From Gordius albopunctatus (taxonomy: Eukaryota), in NCBI GenBank assembly GCA_964276515.1, contig OZ193910.1, forward strand, positions 868,001 through 932,000: DNA of 64,000 nucleotides. The letters run 5' to 3'. Below, in pieces: positions 62,561 to 64,000 of the stretch. The position numbers and the translations under genes are program-made. The notes beneath the pieces were generated by a model. That model worked only from the letters and a program-made list of their open reading frames with translations, made no database searches and was not told where the DNA came from. Each line of letters starts with the position of its first letter. The stretch's first letter is position 1.

Positions 62561-64000
62561 CATGGATATATATTTGCTTAATACCAAATAGGTCCTTATC
62601 CATATGTATGACCACTTAAGGTTGAAAAATGGTTGGAGTAATTTATATTAGAGATATGCACGGGCAGCCCGCGTCCTAACGGGCTTTGAAAATAAAAAAA
62701 TGTAAGGGGCCGGACTCAGGCGGCACAAACAAGGTTAATAACGGACTCGGGAGCCAAAGAATTTAATGAGGGGTTTGAAAGGGCCTAAAATTCTATAACG
62801 ACCCTAGAATTTGTATTAAATTTAAACCGACCACAAAGGGGCTTTTAGAAAAAAATGTTAAAATATCGATACTTATTATTCAAAACATATAAATTTTAAT
62901 AGTAAACAATGCAATTATTTAGAAACATTGTTACCTGTCACATACATTTATTTTGCCTTTCATGCTATATTGAATTTAAAAATTTGCTCATATTCAATTT
63001 TTCTCTTTATTATATGGCCATAAACTTTTACATAACTTCTTAAAATAGCTTATCCTTTAAAACGAATTAATATTTCATAATGAAATTCAAAATTAATGTA
63101 TGAAACCAGGGTTTCGCCTTTGGTGGGAGATAGGAAGGGGTGTTGGGGCGACTCTGTATGAACGTAGCACATTTGCTATGAAAATTATGGGCGAAGGGGA
63201 AATGGTCAAGCAAGGAGTCAGATAATACTCGTACAGCGTTATAATTGTTTTTTTCAAACACTAATAATTTACTTCAATGAATAAAGTATTGATAAATGTT
63301 TTATAAAATTAAGCTTTTCAAGCCTTTTTATACCCAAAAAAGTAAGATGTCATTTTGCATTTTATACTTCATTTTGAGGCATAGGTTCTCACTCTTTGTT
63401 TATCAAATTGTAAACTAATCAAAAATATTATTCATGGCAAAGGGAAAGGAAATAGAGGGGATCACCTTGGAAAAACCAATATTCATCCTTCTAAAACGTA
63501 CAACTTTGAATTGAGAGCTAAAGCGCATTCCTTTAACTATAATACGGTTTAAATAATAATTTTTTTGATACTTAATAAATTTGAAGAACAATTTTGGTGT
63601 AAGCGACCCATCGACTCTATTCAAATCATCATGCGCATCACATGTATAGCATAATAAACAACAAAGCAACAATGAAATCGTAACATGTTAGCTCCCTCTA
63701 GCGAGGAAAAGAATGGATTTTGGTGCGAATAATAGTTGCGACGGTGAAATGAAGGTGAAAGGATGCACTATATTCAGCGGTTTTATAAGCAAAAAGGGAG
63801 GCCTTGTAAGGGGTGTGGGGTGCAGTAAGAGGTGGGAAAAAAATTATGTAACAAATTACCAAATGGTAGAAATAATCGTTGATAATGGGATAATTTCTAT
63901 TGAATGATATGTATAAGCAATACTATTAGCACCACACACATTACAAAACGAAAAAATTCCTAATCACACTTTCGCCAGTCCTCATTTTTCTGATTGGTCA

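Overview
AT-rich, repeat-laden invertebrate (protostome, probably ecdysozoan) nuclear DNA with short GT-AG introns. Seven host genes can be reconstructed by hand: an intronless E78-type nuclear receptor (3333-6152, -), a six-exon AMPK beta subunit (16624-22224, -), a mitochondrial TFB2M/KsgA-family gene (31854-34014, +), a secreted repeat protein with a C-terminal CBM14 chitin-binding domain (34054-35834, -), a divergent class C GPCR (38035-44790, +), a prohormone-4/IDLSRF-type LDLa precursor (49015-51638, +) and a kinesin-14 (55994-60192, +). Intergenic and intronic DNA holds several RTE-clade LINE copies and many hAT- and Tc1/mariner-type MITEs, some nested, with verifiable target-site duplications. 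The outstanding feature is a GC-richer island of about 3 kb (~28485-31535). It encodes an uninterrupted 547-aa polymerase whose motifs align by eye with the terminal-protein (TP), RT and RNase H domains of hepadnavirus/nackednavirus P protein, without a spacer. Small ORFs lie upstream; TATA boxes, a poly(A) signal, a short direct repeat and stem-loops lie downstream. I saw no LTRs, integrase or tyrosine recombinase. It is a candidate endogenous hepadna-like (HEART/nackedna-like) protein-primed retroelement. All assignments are from manual motif reading; no database search was run.
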